64,000 nt of DNA from Eledone cirrhosa (Eukaryota), in assembly GCA_964016885.1 (NCBI GenBank), contig OZ024740.1:246078001-246142000 (forward strand). Reading direction: 5' to 3'. The notes beneath the pieces are model-generated. The model saw nothing but the letters and a program-made list of their open reading frames with translations. It made no database searches and had not been told where the DNA came from. Positions 41,666-60,704 of this stretch are shown in pieces; within the stretch, counting starts at the first letter, position 1, and every line of letters starts with the position of its first letter. The position numbers and the translations under genes are program-made.

Positions 41666-41877
41666 TGTAGTAGGTTTCACTTTGTACTTGTAGTAGGTTT
41701 CATACTTGTGTATAATACCAATATACACACTACACATGCTAACAGAAAACCACCCGAAGGGTGGTTTTTCTGCTAGTGCGTGTAATTGTAGCACCAGCAT
41801 ATATATCATCATTGTTTAATGTCCACTTTAAATGATGATGAGGATGTATATACTGGTGCCGCAATTAAATGCACTCA

Positions 41878-41929
<52 letters not shown>

Positions 41930-42974
41930 GTTGACGAGGTTATAGTATCATCTATAATCTCGCTTGCACACATTACACACTCATTGAAGTTGGAATGAAC
42001 GAAATTTGTCACAGACTGTTAACCCAGTGTATGTTTACCATATGGTATGTGCACCTTATTCTGTCTGGACCTATGATTCTGCAAATGCAGAAAGTAACCA
42101 CAAGTGCAACTGCAACTTGTCGTAAACTTCATTGGCTTCATCAGCAGACAATGAATTATGCAGAGAGAGAACGAGGATGAAATTTCGCTTAAGAGAATCA
42201 ACTATAATGGGAAGCTGTGTGGCAGATAAATATGAGAATGTTTCATCATGGCTCTGCCCATTTCAACCTAGCTAGGACTACATCTCAATGACTGTCCTAG
42301 AAAATACTTCAATTCCCAACAGCTAATGACCAGCTTAAGTGAGACCCACAATGAAGTACTGCTTCCACATCTGGGAGAATGGAGTTGTTGCTCTAACTGA
42401 CATCCTTGACTGCATCCAGAAAAAGCCACTTAGCTAATCAGTTTATAGTCACTCACTGACAGTCTCTGGCCCACAGACTGCCGTCTTCTCCTCCTGCCTC
42501 TTCCACCATTACTACAATGGTCTTTGTTTCTCAGAAATTTCTAGTTTCCTGCTGTCTTCATTCAACTAAATCACCATCCATGTTGTATCTAATCTTCCAT
42601 ACCCCACAGTAACCACTATGCCCAGAGCATCAGCATTCTGAAACCCACTGCTTATGTCTTACCCAAAGGAATGGACCTACATCAGTGTAACCCCCTTTAT
42701 TAAAAATAATCAACTATGTGAGTTTTCATGAAATAACTAACTTTCAACTTAACAAAAACAAATATTTAAATTCCCAAATCTGTCATGTAATAATGAAATT
42801 TCTGTTTAAATTTGAATTCAAACACTTTAGCAGAGGTGGTCTTTGGTGGGTTTGTGTTTAATGGGTTAAACATAAATGTAGGAGAAACTTTGGCAGCTAT
42901 GAGTACTGACTGACTTGAACCCTACCTATCCATTTACCAGCATGAAAAGCAAACAAAAATGATGATAGCGAGTG

Positions 42975-43890
42975 TGGACTGGGTGCTTTTTTGTTATGAC
43001 CACTTTACAGTAGGAGTGGGTGGAGGCATACTGTCTATATATGCTTCGGCCTGTACCTGTGGGAAATCTGGTCTTCTATATTACTGCATAACGCCGGAGG
43101 TCTTGGTCCTGTGTCATCGCCTTTGAGAGGTGCAGTTGGGCGAGGTCGGCTTTTATCATCTCATCCCTGGTCTTCTTGGGTCTCCCCACTTCAAGGCTTC
43201 CATCGACTTTTAGTGCTCTGCACTTTTTTACGCAGCTGTCATCCTTCACATGCATCACATGTCCATACCAACATAATCTCCTCTCCTGCACACAGCATTT
43301 GATTCCTCTTATGCCTAGTCTCTCTCTCAATTCGTTTATGATTTGCCGTTCACATATATTACTATTACACAGCCATCGGAGCATGTAAGCTTCATTTCTT
43401 TCCAATCTATGCAAGTCTTCTGCACATAATGTCCAGATCTCACTACCATGCAACATTGCTGTTCGTATGCACACATCATACAGTCTGCCTTTCATTTTAA
43501 GGGAAAAGCCTTTTGTAGCTAGCATTGGTAGTAGCTCCCTGAACTTCAACCATCCCGTTCTTACCCTGGCTTCTGTACGTTCAGAACACCATCCTCTGTT
43601 GCTAATTCTGTCACCTAGGTAGCAGAAGCTGTCTACTGTTCCTACCGAGCCTTCCCTGAATTTGGTAGTGCTTGTTTCCTGTGGTCGTTTGCTGCTTACT
43701 GTCCCGGTGCAACTGCTACATGTAAAGCCTATATTCTTAGCTACATTCTTCCTCGGATCCCACTACATCTCTTGTGTACCCATAGTTTGCATTTTGGGCT
43801 GAGGATAGAATTTCTACCTGCACCTTTATTATATACTAAACAAGGCCATTTCCCTGAGGGATCTGGGTTCTGTTTTCTCTTCTACTTGTG
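42975..43890 (-). mobile_element. Older RTE family A-related fragment
   Basis: KFRELLPMLATKGFSLKMKGRLY...WYGHVM; remnant of the Cys-rich insert at ~43700-43860. Confidence 0.85.
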
Positions 43891-43906
43891 AGAAACAATT
43901 ACAATA

Positions 43907-44017
43907 GTTTATGGCCATATCACATTAAGAATACTGGTTGTTTGATCACAGAAGTTAAGCAATGTCAAACTTAGTACTTAGATGGGTGACCACTTTGGAA
44001 ATGTAGATGTCATAAGC
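43907..44017 (+). pseudogene. Degenerate 5S rRNA copy (pseudogene or SINE3 head)
   Basis: gtttatggccatatcac...gatcacagaagttaagca...ttagtacttagatgggtgaccac...gtcataagc aligns by eye to eukaryotic 5S rRNA, with substitutions and deletions. Confidence 0.8.
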
Positions 44018-45469
44018 ACCTTTCCAACTTGTGCAGTACATTGACAGAATTGTTAGAACACCAGATTAAATGTTTTGCTGTAATTGGTTTGGAACTTTGC
44101 CTTTCATTCCTCCTATGTCAAAAATATAAAGTACCAATCTATTGACAAACCTTAACACTCGTGTCACTCCAAATTTGTGACCTTATATCTATGTTAGAAC
44201 TTATGGTTATTGTTGTTGGACAGTGGATTGGTAGATTTGTTAGAACATTAGACAAAATGTCTTGTGATATATAGTTATGGCTCTTAATGTTGTTCTAATC
44301 TTAATGAGTTCTAATCCTACTGAAGTGAACTTTGCCTTTCATCGTTCCTGGGTCGACAAAATTAAGTACCAGTTAAATACTGGAGTTGGTTTAATCAACT
44401 AACTTCTGACATTTTCTGACATTGTGTTTATGCTTGAAACTTGTGTTGTTGTTTGCTGCTGCTGTTATATAACTTCAGTCTGACTGCTTATCTCTGAACA
44501 TCCCATATGTTCAACTTTGAGTCTGATCATCCTATCTTGTTCATTGATTGATTTAAAAAAAAATTCTTAGTTGATTATCGTTAACAACTTTTCATTACTT
44601 ACCACCAATATTGATAAATAACTGGCTGTTATTCAGTGGTGTACTTCATTGTACTTTTTTAATCTTCATTGTCATCTTGAATGTCATTTCATTTTTGTTG
44701 TTGTTTTCAATGATGCCATAAATTTGACCATGTTTATCCTGCTACAGTTGTTTATTTAGAAGTTGGTTGTTTGTTCTGTTGCTTGTATTAAGTACTGGGT
44801 AGGTTAATATGTGATGCTGGTTATGGTAGCTTCAAACTTTGAACCTGCCGACCCAGTATTCCTATCCCAATGCTGTTGGACTATATTCAACTAGCCCAGT
44901 ATTCTTTTCTAACTACATACTTCTTACTACTGTTATTTACACCACTTTCTGCACAAATCAGTAATTGTTTTATATCGTTATTTTAACCTTTGGATTTCTT
45001 TAGAAAGGTATTGCTTGGATTTTTGTAAAGCTCATACATCTATTATCATTCAGTTATTTTTTTTTAAAGCTCATACATCTTTTTTGTAAAGCTCATACAT
45101 CTATTATCATTCAGTTTTTTAAAAAAAATGACTATTGTGCAGATGGCAAGGGGCCAGGGTTTATATATTGATTTAGAGCGATATGGAAAGACAGAAAACC
45201 TCAGTTTGATTTAATGGTAAAAGAAACAACTAGGAAATTCAAGAAATTGTGTGGCAGAGATAGGAAGCAGGAAATTGTGGCATTTTTTTTTCTTTTCACC
45301 AAGAGTACTAAACCTTTATTCAAACTTTTGAACATTTTCTAGTCACTACACTGGCTTCTCGAGGCATTTATTTGGGATATTGTGTATGCCATCATCTAAT
45401 TTAACAGTACCACCTGTACTGCTCTCACCATCACTTGGTTCAGAATTATTTCCATTTTCATAATCACTC

Positions 45470-45830
45470 CTCCTCCTTCTGGGGGCAGAGTCCTCAAGCA
45501 TGCCTTCCAGTGGGTCCTGTCAGAAGCAACCATCTCCAAACGATCCTGCTAGATCCCTAAGCGAGACCAGTTGGGCTCATCAATGTAATCCAACTATCTT
45601 GCCCTTGGTCTTCTGCTATTTGGTTATGCCTGTAAAATTTGTCCAGCAATTCTTTCCTGAGACATTGTAACAATATGTCCATAATATCAGAGCTGTGATT
45701 TCTCAATTCAGAGCAGTAGCGGCTCTACCTGGAGTAACACTCTGATCTTCAATCTACACGTTGTGAAGTAACATTACTCCAGAGGAACCCCATTTCAGCC
45801 GCTTGTAATCACGTTCATATTCTTTCAGTC
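45470..45830 (-). mobile_element. Degraded RTE (Expander-like) 3' fragment
   Basis: LQVEPLLL*IEKSQL*YYGHIVTMSQER...RRPRAR*LDYI. Confidence 0.65.
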
Positions 45831-47729
45831 AATTATTGTAATTGTTGCTTTATTCACTCTCTTCATCAGAATCTAATATTTGGGCTATTACTGATCAGCA
45901 AACAGCTTTCTCTGGGTCAATTTGAGCAAACGGTGTTGTACTTCTCCAGAGCATACAAACCTTAGATGATATAAATTGAGGTTTCTGATTAACAAGGACG
46001 TTTCTAGGCAATTTGTTTATAATCTAGGACATTTGGCAGCTGATTAATCTAATACTCGGCTTGTGGGTGCTACGTCATGCTCAATAATTTGTTCTCTCAT
46101 GTTCAGAGGGTTAATAATATAAGTGAAATGACTTCAGTCAGAAATTAAAGATTTGAAGACTCATTTATCAACAATGGTTTCTAATTTTGGCACAAGGCCA
46201 GCAATTTCAAGAGATGGGGAAAGTTGATTATATCAATCCTAGTACTTGACTGGTATTTTATTTTATTGATCCTGGGGGGATGAAAAGCAAAGTTGACATT
46301 GACATGATTGGAACTCTGAATGTAAAGAGCTGGGTCAAATACCGCAAGGTATTTTGTCTGACACTCTAATGATTCTACCAAACATATATGTCAATAATAA
46401 CACAACTCGCACAATACCCTTACTATCCAATAAAATCACACAAGTTATAATATATATAATTGACACTTACACACACCTCACATAGCACAAGGACTGAAAG
46501 GAATTACCCATAAGACTTATTAAAGGTGATGAATAAGCTGGGTTGTTAGATATTTAATTGGTTATGCTCCTTCTTTAAAAAATTATAGCTTTGTATCATC
46601 ATAATCATCACCATTTTACATCTATTTTCCATGTTTGCATGAGTTGGATCGGTTGTTATATTCTGAGGCTAGACAGGTCAGATGATTGTGTCTTGTTCAT
46701 ATGTTCCATTCTGGCATGGTCTCAATGGGTGTTTGTTCTTCGTACTGCAAGTCACTTCACGGCATGTACCCAGTATGTTTTATTGTAGCACTTCCACCTC
46801 CATCTGACAGAGTGGACTCAGTGTTTGTACAAAATTATTTAAACCGGCCATGTCCGGTCAGAATTCTCTCACCTTTTTCTTTTTAAACTGACCCCAGCCG
46901 GCCCTTCATACTGACTTTAAGATATTGTTCTCAAAATAAATAATATCAAAATATCATAGATTCAATATTATGTGAGATATTATGTAAGATAAGGCCTTTT
47001 ACTGCCAAAATACAATAGTTTATAAAGAGTAATGTAAATGCTAAAGGGTTAAAAAGGTTTTTTTTTATGAATTCTTTTTTTGTATTCTTTTGGTGATTTT
47101 AAATTTATGAATCTATTTTCTTCTTTTTTAGTTGGCCCCTTTGATGGTTGACGTGTTTGAGTTAATATCAGTGAACCAACTTTGATGGTCTGGTGGTTTT
47201 GTTATCTGAGAAACGAGAACCTACAGCAAGAACTGGCCTTTATTTTCAAAGATTCTGCTATATTATCCACTACAGCTTATTCTTTTGAGTTGAAACATCT
47301 GTGATAAGTTATTGATAAAAATCCTGAGCGTTTGTGATAAAGTTCCAACATTAAATGTTAAATATTCTGCAGGAATTATCTTATAATTTCAAACCATCCC
47401 TTTGTTACAGAGCTCTAGGTTTTTATTTTTTTCTTGTTACTTTTTAGCATTATTTTCTCTTGTCTTCTTTATTATTATATTTGCTTTCTTCCCTTTCTTA
47501 TAATTGCTTACATCAAGTCTGTGCATTGATGTGTGTTATGTCATAATGGTACGACTTGCTGTTTCCACTGGAATTTTTTCAAAATATCTAAATTGGCCAG
47601 CTTACATTCCAACCACATATTATTATTGCAATGTAGAAATTCCCATACACTATTCTCATATCTCTCACATAATTGGCCCTCATATTGAACGGTAAAGAAA
47701 TACATCTAGAATAATACAATACATACAGG

Positions 47730-48420
47730 ATGGAAATTTCTCAAGCAGAGTTTCCTTTTGTCAGCAATGTGGCTGGTGAAGTAGGCGAAAAAATACATGG
47801 TTACTACCCCACAAAACACCAGGAAATAAATGGAAGCATGAAAAATGCCTACAACCAGCAGCTCTTAAATCGAAACACGTGCATTTTGGAAGAGGGCACC
47901 ACAGACACTCAGGAGTCATACCGACAGGATGAGAGTGAGGGCTCAGCCTTTGTGAATGGCAATCATGATGCATTGCCAATTGATGAAGGCTGTAGCGAGT
48001 GTTTTGAAAATGTCAGTGATGACCATGAAGAGGACTGCCCAATGGAAGAACCCGTTCAGCTTCAACAAACTCTCGAAGCGATGGTTGATAGCGCTGTGAT
48101 TACCTCTGAAATCAACCACATGGACCTTGAAAATACTGACAACATAAATACTCTATATGGCAGTCGTTTAAATGCAAAAAGTTTGAGTCTGAATTTATAC
48201 AGTACTCCAGCTGAAGAACAAAATGGCTATCCCATAGAGAATGGACATGTTATAGATTGTACTCCCAAGCAGTTATCATCCAAGTCAAAATACAAAGCCA
48301 AACCACCTCCAGCCAAACACTCATGGCTATTACGGCTCTTTGAGTCAAAACTCTTCAACATGTCCATTGCTATATCTTACCTTTATAATTCCAAAGAGCC
48401 TGGAGTTCAAATATATATAG
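47730..48420 (+). CDS. PI4KB: First coding exon of phosphatidylinositol 4-kinase beta
   Basis: Acidic, low-conservation N-terminus, then [34 protein letters not shown], which matches the recalled PI4KB helical-domain motif [32 protein letters not shown]. Canonical donor AG|GTAAGT at 48420/48421 (phase 1). The start ATG is inferred. Confidence 0.9.
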
Positions 48421-48761
48421 GTAAGTTAAATTCACAATTCATTTTTCCTTTTTCTTTTCTTGTTTATTTTTTCCTGAAGTGTTAACTGTTCTATAATGTT
48501 GTCACCTCAATTACCAAATTCATGGTGTTGTCTTGAAACTAATGAAGATAAAATGTATACATATTTGTGTGTGTGTGTGTATATATATATATAGTTTTAA
48601 TATAGATGAGATTCAATCTATAGATGGAATCTCATCTATATTAAAACTTTTATACTCTGCTATGTATTGAGTACCTTACTTACTGTGGTTACCTTCGATT
48701 CAACCCGGAATAACGTACCTATATATATATATATACATATACTCACATATAGACACACATT

Positions 48762-48869
<108 letters not shown>

Positions 48870-50899
48870 GTATACAAGTGTTCTTATGAATGTGCATATG
48901 TATACATTTTATCTTCATTAGTTTTCTTCCTATATAAATATATATATATATATTCACACACACACGTATAATTGGTCTGAATAAACATAATGATGCTATA
49001 TTGATACCTCGCTGCTACTCCTTATATATATATATATACATAAACATACATACACATAAAAGATGAGAAAACTCATCGCTAGAACAGCTGCTAAAACACC
49101 CAAATGCTGACAAAGACAGCGATGGGCAAGAGACCAATGTCCAGTGGTCAACAGAGAGACAATCTACAAGGTGGAGGAGTACCAGAAGTATGTTGACACA
49201 CGGAAGTGACTGGAAGAGGCAATGAAGAAAGGTGATATATCATCATCACCGTTTTAAATTTTTTTAAAGATATATGTCCCTGAAAGCAAATGTAGACATT
49301 TACCTATTATTTTTCTAATCAGGTTTTAAAGAAAACATTACATAATATGGCCAATTCATTTTAAATATTTTTCCTATGTATTTTTTTTTACTGCATTAAT
49401 ACAATCTTAGTATATGTTAGTGTTTTAACTAACGAAATATCTTCTAAACATTTTCAAATCTTTCTATGATTAAAAGTTTTAATAAATAAGAAGCACTGCA
49501 ATTCTTTCTCACGAACACATCCTTTTTAACAATCCTATTGTAACACATTAACAGCTTTAATGTATTAACATATTTGTGAAAAACACTCATAATTCTTTAT
49601 TTTTGCATGCCTAAAAAATATATACACCAGCTTATGCTTTTGCATTAATGATTGCCATTTGAATGCGCAGTACTTTGAATCCTGTATTATTCTTGATAAT
49701 TTGTCTTAGGATTTTAATCAATTTATTGTTATTTTTTATTATATTTCCTGAAGATATACAGTTTTGAGTAGAGCACCTATAATGGAGTAACGTAACTGAT
49801 AATATCTGTTTTTTCTCCTCAATTAATGAAATATTCTAGCCGTGTTAAAATGACCATCATCATCGTTTAACGTCTATCTTCCATGCTAGCATGGGTTAGA
49901 CGGGAATTGTCCCACTTGAGGCAAGATTGATCGGGTGACAGTGTCTCACTCGTATAGGACTGTCTGGCAGGTTTTCTATGGCTGGATGCCCTTCCTAACA
50001 CCAACCACATTTACAGTGTGGACTGGGAGGTTTTTACCGTGTTACCTACATGGCCACATTACAGTGTGGACTGTGTGTTTTTTATTTGTCGTGACACCTA
50101 CATGACCTCATTAGTTTGGACTGGATGTTGTGGTACCAACATAACTTTACAGAGAAAGGGTGGTGTTGGTGGGAGTGGGAGGGTGGAGTAGGGGTAGTGG
50201 GTTGGGGTGTATATTTGGTTAGATGTGTAAATAAATAATAATAATGCTAATCCTTGGTCTTATTGAATTTTGAATTATAAATACTCTGCTACTATAACTG
50301 TTCGCTCCTGAAGAACGAAGGGTAAAAATGTGCATTGAGCTTAACTCATCTTACCAATGAAAATAGTGAACACTATAACCTCATATTGCTATGTATATAC
50401 ACATATATGTATATGTATATTTGGATTTATTCAACATGGACATACCAAATTCTTGTTGTCATTGTTATTTCGCCGCAATCTATAGCTTTCGTTTTGCAAA
50501 CTTTTTCTTCATAACAAATCAAGTTATACCAATTCATTCTTCAGTATGAAACTCATTTTAATTTCATATGAAAACCACCATGCTGCTCTTTTATCTCACA
50601 ATTTCCCTCCAGCCCACGTCCATACACCACCATAGACTCATTGACCAATCAAACCACAGCAACACATATATCTTCACCCATTACCCATGGAAATGCTACT
50701 ACTGCGATTATCTTTCCTATCCTTCTTGGAAAATTTTTGTTTAACGTTGATTATGGATGAGCAGAAATGATGGAACAACCCTGAATATAATATGAACCCA
50801 TGCATTCACAGGTGACCACACAAATCTTTAATTCAGATACAGAAGGCATACCCCGACCCCCGCAAATATCCACCCTTCCTCACCATTGATGGCAAATGC

Positions 50900-51510
50900 C
50901 CTAAATCCCGAATTAGCACCATCAATGTGAGCACAATGAAAGGAAGAACAGGAGAAATTGTAGAGATGCTAGAGCAAAGAAAAATGTATGCGGTGTTCAA
51001 GAGACTAAATGGAGAGGAAAAATCTGCTAGACTCTTGACTGGCAAAAAACAATGCTACAGACATTTTTCTGGGTGAGAAATGACAACGGGCTGGGGGGAG
51101 TAGGTATTTTATTAGCTGATAAATGGGTAGATAAGGTGATCTCTGCGACTAAAGTGAACGTGAAAATCATTAAACTTAGACTAGTCTTGAATATAACAAT
51201 AGCAACAATTATATCTGCATATGGACCCCAGATGAACTCAAGGATATGTTTTATGAGTCCCTAATGCACACTACTACTCTAACAAATGACAATGACTTCC
51301 CAATCATTGCAGGGGACTTTAATGGACATGTGACAGCTTCTACAGAATCCATGGAAGCTATGGGTTTGGCATAAGAAATGAAAAAAGTTTCAGGCCCTAG
51401 TATTTGCGATGCCAATGACCTATTGAGATGTAACACAAACTTCAAAAAACCCAACAATCACTTGATCACCAGGGAGCATTCTAGTCAGATTGATTTCATC
51501 CTTACCAGAG
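50900..51510 (+). mobile_element. Degraded APE endonuclease fragment from the 5' part of an RTE LINE
   Basis: [49 protein letters not shown]. Confidence 0.8.
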
Positions 51511-51602
51511 GATGTATATATGTATGTATATATATATATGTATATATATATGTATATATATGTATATGTATGTATATATATGTATATGTATGTATATATA
51601 TG

Positions 51603-51671
<69 letters not shown>

Positions 51672-51722
51672 ATGTATGTATGTATATATATATATGTATA
51701 TATGTATATATATGTATGTATG

Positions 51723-51753
<31 letters not shown>

Positions 51754-51959
51754 GTATATATGTATATATATGTATGTATGTATATATATATATGTATATA
51801 TATGTATATGTATGTATATATATATATATATGTATATGTATGTATATATATGTATATGTATGTATGTATATATATATCTTTATATATGTATATATGTATA
51901 TATATGTATATATGTATATATATATATGTATATATATATTCATCATTTCATTCATTTCA

Positions 51960-52261
51960 TTTTACGTCCGCTTTTCCCTACTTGCAAGGGTGGGACGGGA
52001 ACTGATTCTGCTTTGATTTCTACAGCTGGATGCCCTTCCTAACACCAACCTCATTTACAGTGAGTGCTGGGTGCTTTATTGCCGTAGCACCTCCACGACC
52101 ACTTTGCAGTGGAATGATATAGACCCCAGTCCCTATCATCTCATTTGTACAGCTGAGTAAACTGGAGCAATGTGAAATAAACAACACACCACCCTGAGAA
52201 TTGAACTCACAAGCTTTCGATTGCAAGGCCAATGCTCTAACCACTAAGCCATGTGCCTCCA
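51960..52261 (-). mobile_element. tRNA/RTE SINE copy
   Basis: Reverse complement of 3731-4057 with a small internal deletion. Confidence 0.85.
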
Positions 52262-54811
<2,550 letters not shown>

Positions 54812-57512
54812 TTTGAGGATAGCCTAAGTAGGATAGAAGAGGTCCTTGACAAACTGGACCAGGGTCTCAACATCCTACTGCTGGGAGACTTCAACCTACC
54901 AAAGGTCAAATGGCCTGAGGGCCACCTCCTCCCTGGAATGACGTCAATAGAACAGAGACAGACGGAATCCCTGCTGGCCCTCACACACAGGCTGTTCATG
55001 GAGCAAGCAATACTCCTCCCAACAAGAGGCGAAAATGTCCTGGACCTCTGTTTTACAAACAACGAAGTGCTCATCCACAATGTAAAGGTGACACCAACAA
55101 TTCTCTCGGATCATAACTTGGTAGAGCTAATGATATGTGGTCCAAGAGAACCAACAGAGACAAAACCACCAAGAAGCTCCGGGACGCTATCCAGCCTTAA
55201 CTTCTACGGGGCTGACTGGAAGAAGATTAAGAGTGAAATCCGGAAGCAAACATGGAGTGCAAACATCGCCACACAAGACACTAACACACAATTTCAACAC
55301 TTCATGACAACGATACACACCATATGCAAAAAGTGTGTCCCGGAGAAAGAGGCAAACAGACACAAAAATCTTATTCCCAGAGATAGGAAAATCCTTATGA
55401 GACGTAGAACTAAACTCTCAAACCAGTTGAATAGTCAACAAAACCAAAACAAGAAGGAATCCTATTTGAAACGTGCACTACTTGACACCGAGATTGCACT
55501 CAAGCTTTCACATGAGAATGAGAGGGCAAGGAAAGAGAACAGGGCCATAGAAAACATTAAAACAAACCCTAAGGCCTTCTTTAAATTTGCAAAAGAAACT
55601 GCCTCAGTACACTGCAAGATTGGACCACTCTTCCACACGGACGGTTCATTAACCGAAAATCCCCAAGAGATATGTGAAATACTGAACGAACAGTACAAAA
55701 GTGTCTTCACATGTCCACTGAGGCACATGCAAATAACGAAACCAGAGGAGTTCTTTGATGCCACAACACTACATCAAGAAATGGCAACCATCAACCACAT
55801 AGACATAACGGAGGAGGATGTGGTGTACGCCATTGATGAAATTAGAACAGACTCGGCTGCTGGACCTGATGGATTCCCAGCAGTTCTCCTAAAAATATGT
55901 AAGCGGGCCTTAGCAACTCCACTGAAGATGCTCTTCAGAAGCTCCTTGGCTAGCGGTGTACTACCCAGGGAGCTGAAAGAAGGCACAATATGCCCTATCC
56001 ATAAAGGAGGTAGTAGAGCGGAGGCCAAGAACTATAGGCCAGTCTCCCTGACGTCGCATATCAGTAAGGTCATGGAGCGAGTCATCAGAAAGAAACTAAT
56101 CACTTTCCTCGAAGAAAATGACCGCCTGACTAGCACGCAACATGGCTTCCGCCCAGGAAGAAGCTGCCTTACACAGCTGCTACATCACTACGACTGGGTA
56201 CTGAGACAGCTACTAGACAGCTCACATGTAGACGTGATATATCTTGACTTTGCGAAGGCCTTTGACAAGGTCGACCACGGAATGATATGTCACAAACTAC
56301 ACGGACTCGGCATAACTGGAAAAGTAGGTGAGTGGCTGCATGGCTTCCTGAGGGACAGAAGCCAGGCAGTCGCAGCAAATGGGGCCCTCTCGAGGGAAAC
56401 ACCGATAACAAGTGGGGTGCCTCAGGGGACAGTCCTGGGACCACTACTGTTTTTGGTGGCTCTCTCGGACATGCCCTCTGTGGTGCATGCAACAACATCC
56501 CTCACTAGCTATGCTGATGACACTAAGGTAGCACAGGCAATCAAAAACCCGGCTGACGCTGCCCTCTTACAGCAGGATCTGGATGCCATATACAGATGGG
56601 CGGAAGAAAACAACATGCAGTTTAATGCTGGCAAATTCCAAGCCCTACAATACAAACCTGCAAACACAAACACAAATATAGCGGAACACAGCTACACAGG
56701 ACCAGGAGGGACCGATATCCCCGTGTCAAAATCGATACGAGACCTGGGCATAGACATGAGCGATGATGCATCTTTTTCTTCACACATCATGAAGGTGGCG
56801 ACAGCATGTAGACGATTCGCTGGCTGGATCTTGAGGACTTTCCTTACAAGAGATCGAGACACCATGTTGACACTGTGGAGGACTTTTGTCCTAAGCCGCC
56901 TGGACTACTGCTCCCAGCTGTGGTCACCCCATAGTGTCAAACTAACCACAGAGCTTGAGGCAATCCAGCGAAGCTACACCAAGAGGATTGCCAAGATGAG
57001 GGAGACAAGCTACTGGGAGAGGCTGAAGGAACTGAACCTCTACTCCTTGGAGCGAAGACGGGAGAGATACGCAGTGATCTACATGTGGAAAATCCTGGAG
57101 GGACTAGCACCAAACTTTGGCATTGGGAGCTGGACCAACCGTCGAACAGGACGTCACTGTGTGGTGCCAAAGGTCCCGTCTTCCACATCTAGAATAAGGA
57201 GCAGGTATTGCAATAGCCTGGGATTCAAGGGCCCTCAACTCTTCAACAGGCTGCCGAGGCATCTGCGAGACTTGCATGACGTGGAGGTGGATGTCTTTAA
57301 GAAACATCTCGACACCTTGTTATCCAGGATCCCGGATGAGCCCACAGCAAGACACGAGGGAAACCTAAGGGCAGCAGCAACAAACTCCCTCCTACACCAG
57401 TGGCCAACCTATACAGGCTGGAGATAAAATGTGTAGCAACAAGGGCGGTGCCCCAGCATGGCCTCAGCCGGATGGCTGAAACAGGTAAAAGAGTAAAAGA
57501 GTAAAAGAGTAA
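54812..57512 (+). mobile_element. 5'-truncated CR1-group LINE with uninterrupted ORF2 remainder (to 57427)
   Basis: [19 protein letters not shown] (APE); [46 protein letters not shown]. The 3' tail is an 8-bp repeat (GTAAAAGA)3. Confidence 0.92.
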
Positions 57513-59667
<2,155 letters not shown>

Positions 59668-60136
59668 CAAAACCTGTCAAAGGGCAATGGAGCTCTTAAG
59701 AGTCAATGGCCATCCAAAATCACCGGGAGAGATGACCCCCTTAGGCCTTTGTCAAGGCAGAATTCTAGAAGGAAAACTCTGATATAACACCTGCAACCCT
59801 GATGGTATCCAATGATGTTGACTTGTTCTTCTTTTGGTAAATATCATCTTGGTTAAGAGAGTGGGGACTGGCTTTTGTGCAGTGCCTTTGCTCACTATAA
59901 AAGCTTCACGGCACAGGCATTGCTTTATATCTGGAGATCTCTCTGCACTTGTCATCACATGGTACCATGGGCCCAGCACTATGTGTCAATAATTGTCACA
60001 AGTGTAGTGTTTGTACCAGAGCTTTCAAGTCGCTGGCTGGACTAAAAAGTCACACTCGTTCAGCGCATCAGTAGGGGTTCTCTCCTACATGGATATAAAG
60101 TAGTGGCCGTACTCGAAAACGAGTTGGCAGCCACCA
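59668..60136 (+). mobile_element. ~600 bp non-autonomous RTE-related retroelement, copy 3, 5'-truncated
   Basis: Matches ~15126-15592 with the same 3' end. Confidence 0.8.
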
Positions 60137-60154
60137 TGTATGTATATATATATG

Positions 60155-60188
<34 letters not shown>

Positions 60189-60477
60189 ATGTATATATAT
60201 ATATATATATGTATGTATATATATATATGTATGTATGTATATATATGTATGTATGCATATATATATGTATATATATATGTATATATATATATATATATGT
60301 ATGTATATATATATATGTATGTATGTATATATATATATATATGTATGTATGTATATATGTATGTATATATGTATATATGTATGTATATATATATGTATAT
60401 ATGTATGTATATATATATGTATGTATGTATGTATGTATATATATATATATATATGTATATATATGTATATATATATG

Positions 60478-60601
<124 letters not shown>

Positions 60602-60637
60602 TTATATATGTATGTATATATATATATATATAGTATG

Positions 60638-60692
<55 letters not shown>

Positions 60693-60704
60693 ATATATAT
60701 ATAT

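Noticed and set aside
41645-41702. CRISPR-like short repeats
   Set aside because: Tandem 22-bp units without spacers, eukaryotic context, no cas genes.
41990-42420. Possible decayed DNA transposase fragment (EVLLPHLGEW resembling ELLASRL.EW)
   Set aside because: Similarity too weak and fragmented to support without a search.
43907-44017. Functional 5S rRNA gene
   Set aside because: Many substitutions and deletions, and no tandem array.
48421-48485. C-terminal KLNSQFIF... of the 251-aa ORF
   Set aside because: Read-through past the GTAAGT donor into the intron.
50300-50385. CUGAAGA...GAAA with atagtg/cactat hairpin as a third hammerhead
   Set aside because: Stem I cannot form and the NUH triplet is misplaced; at best a decayed remnant.
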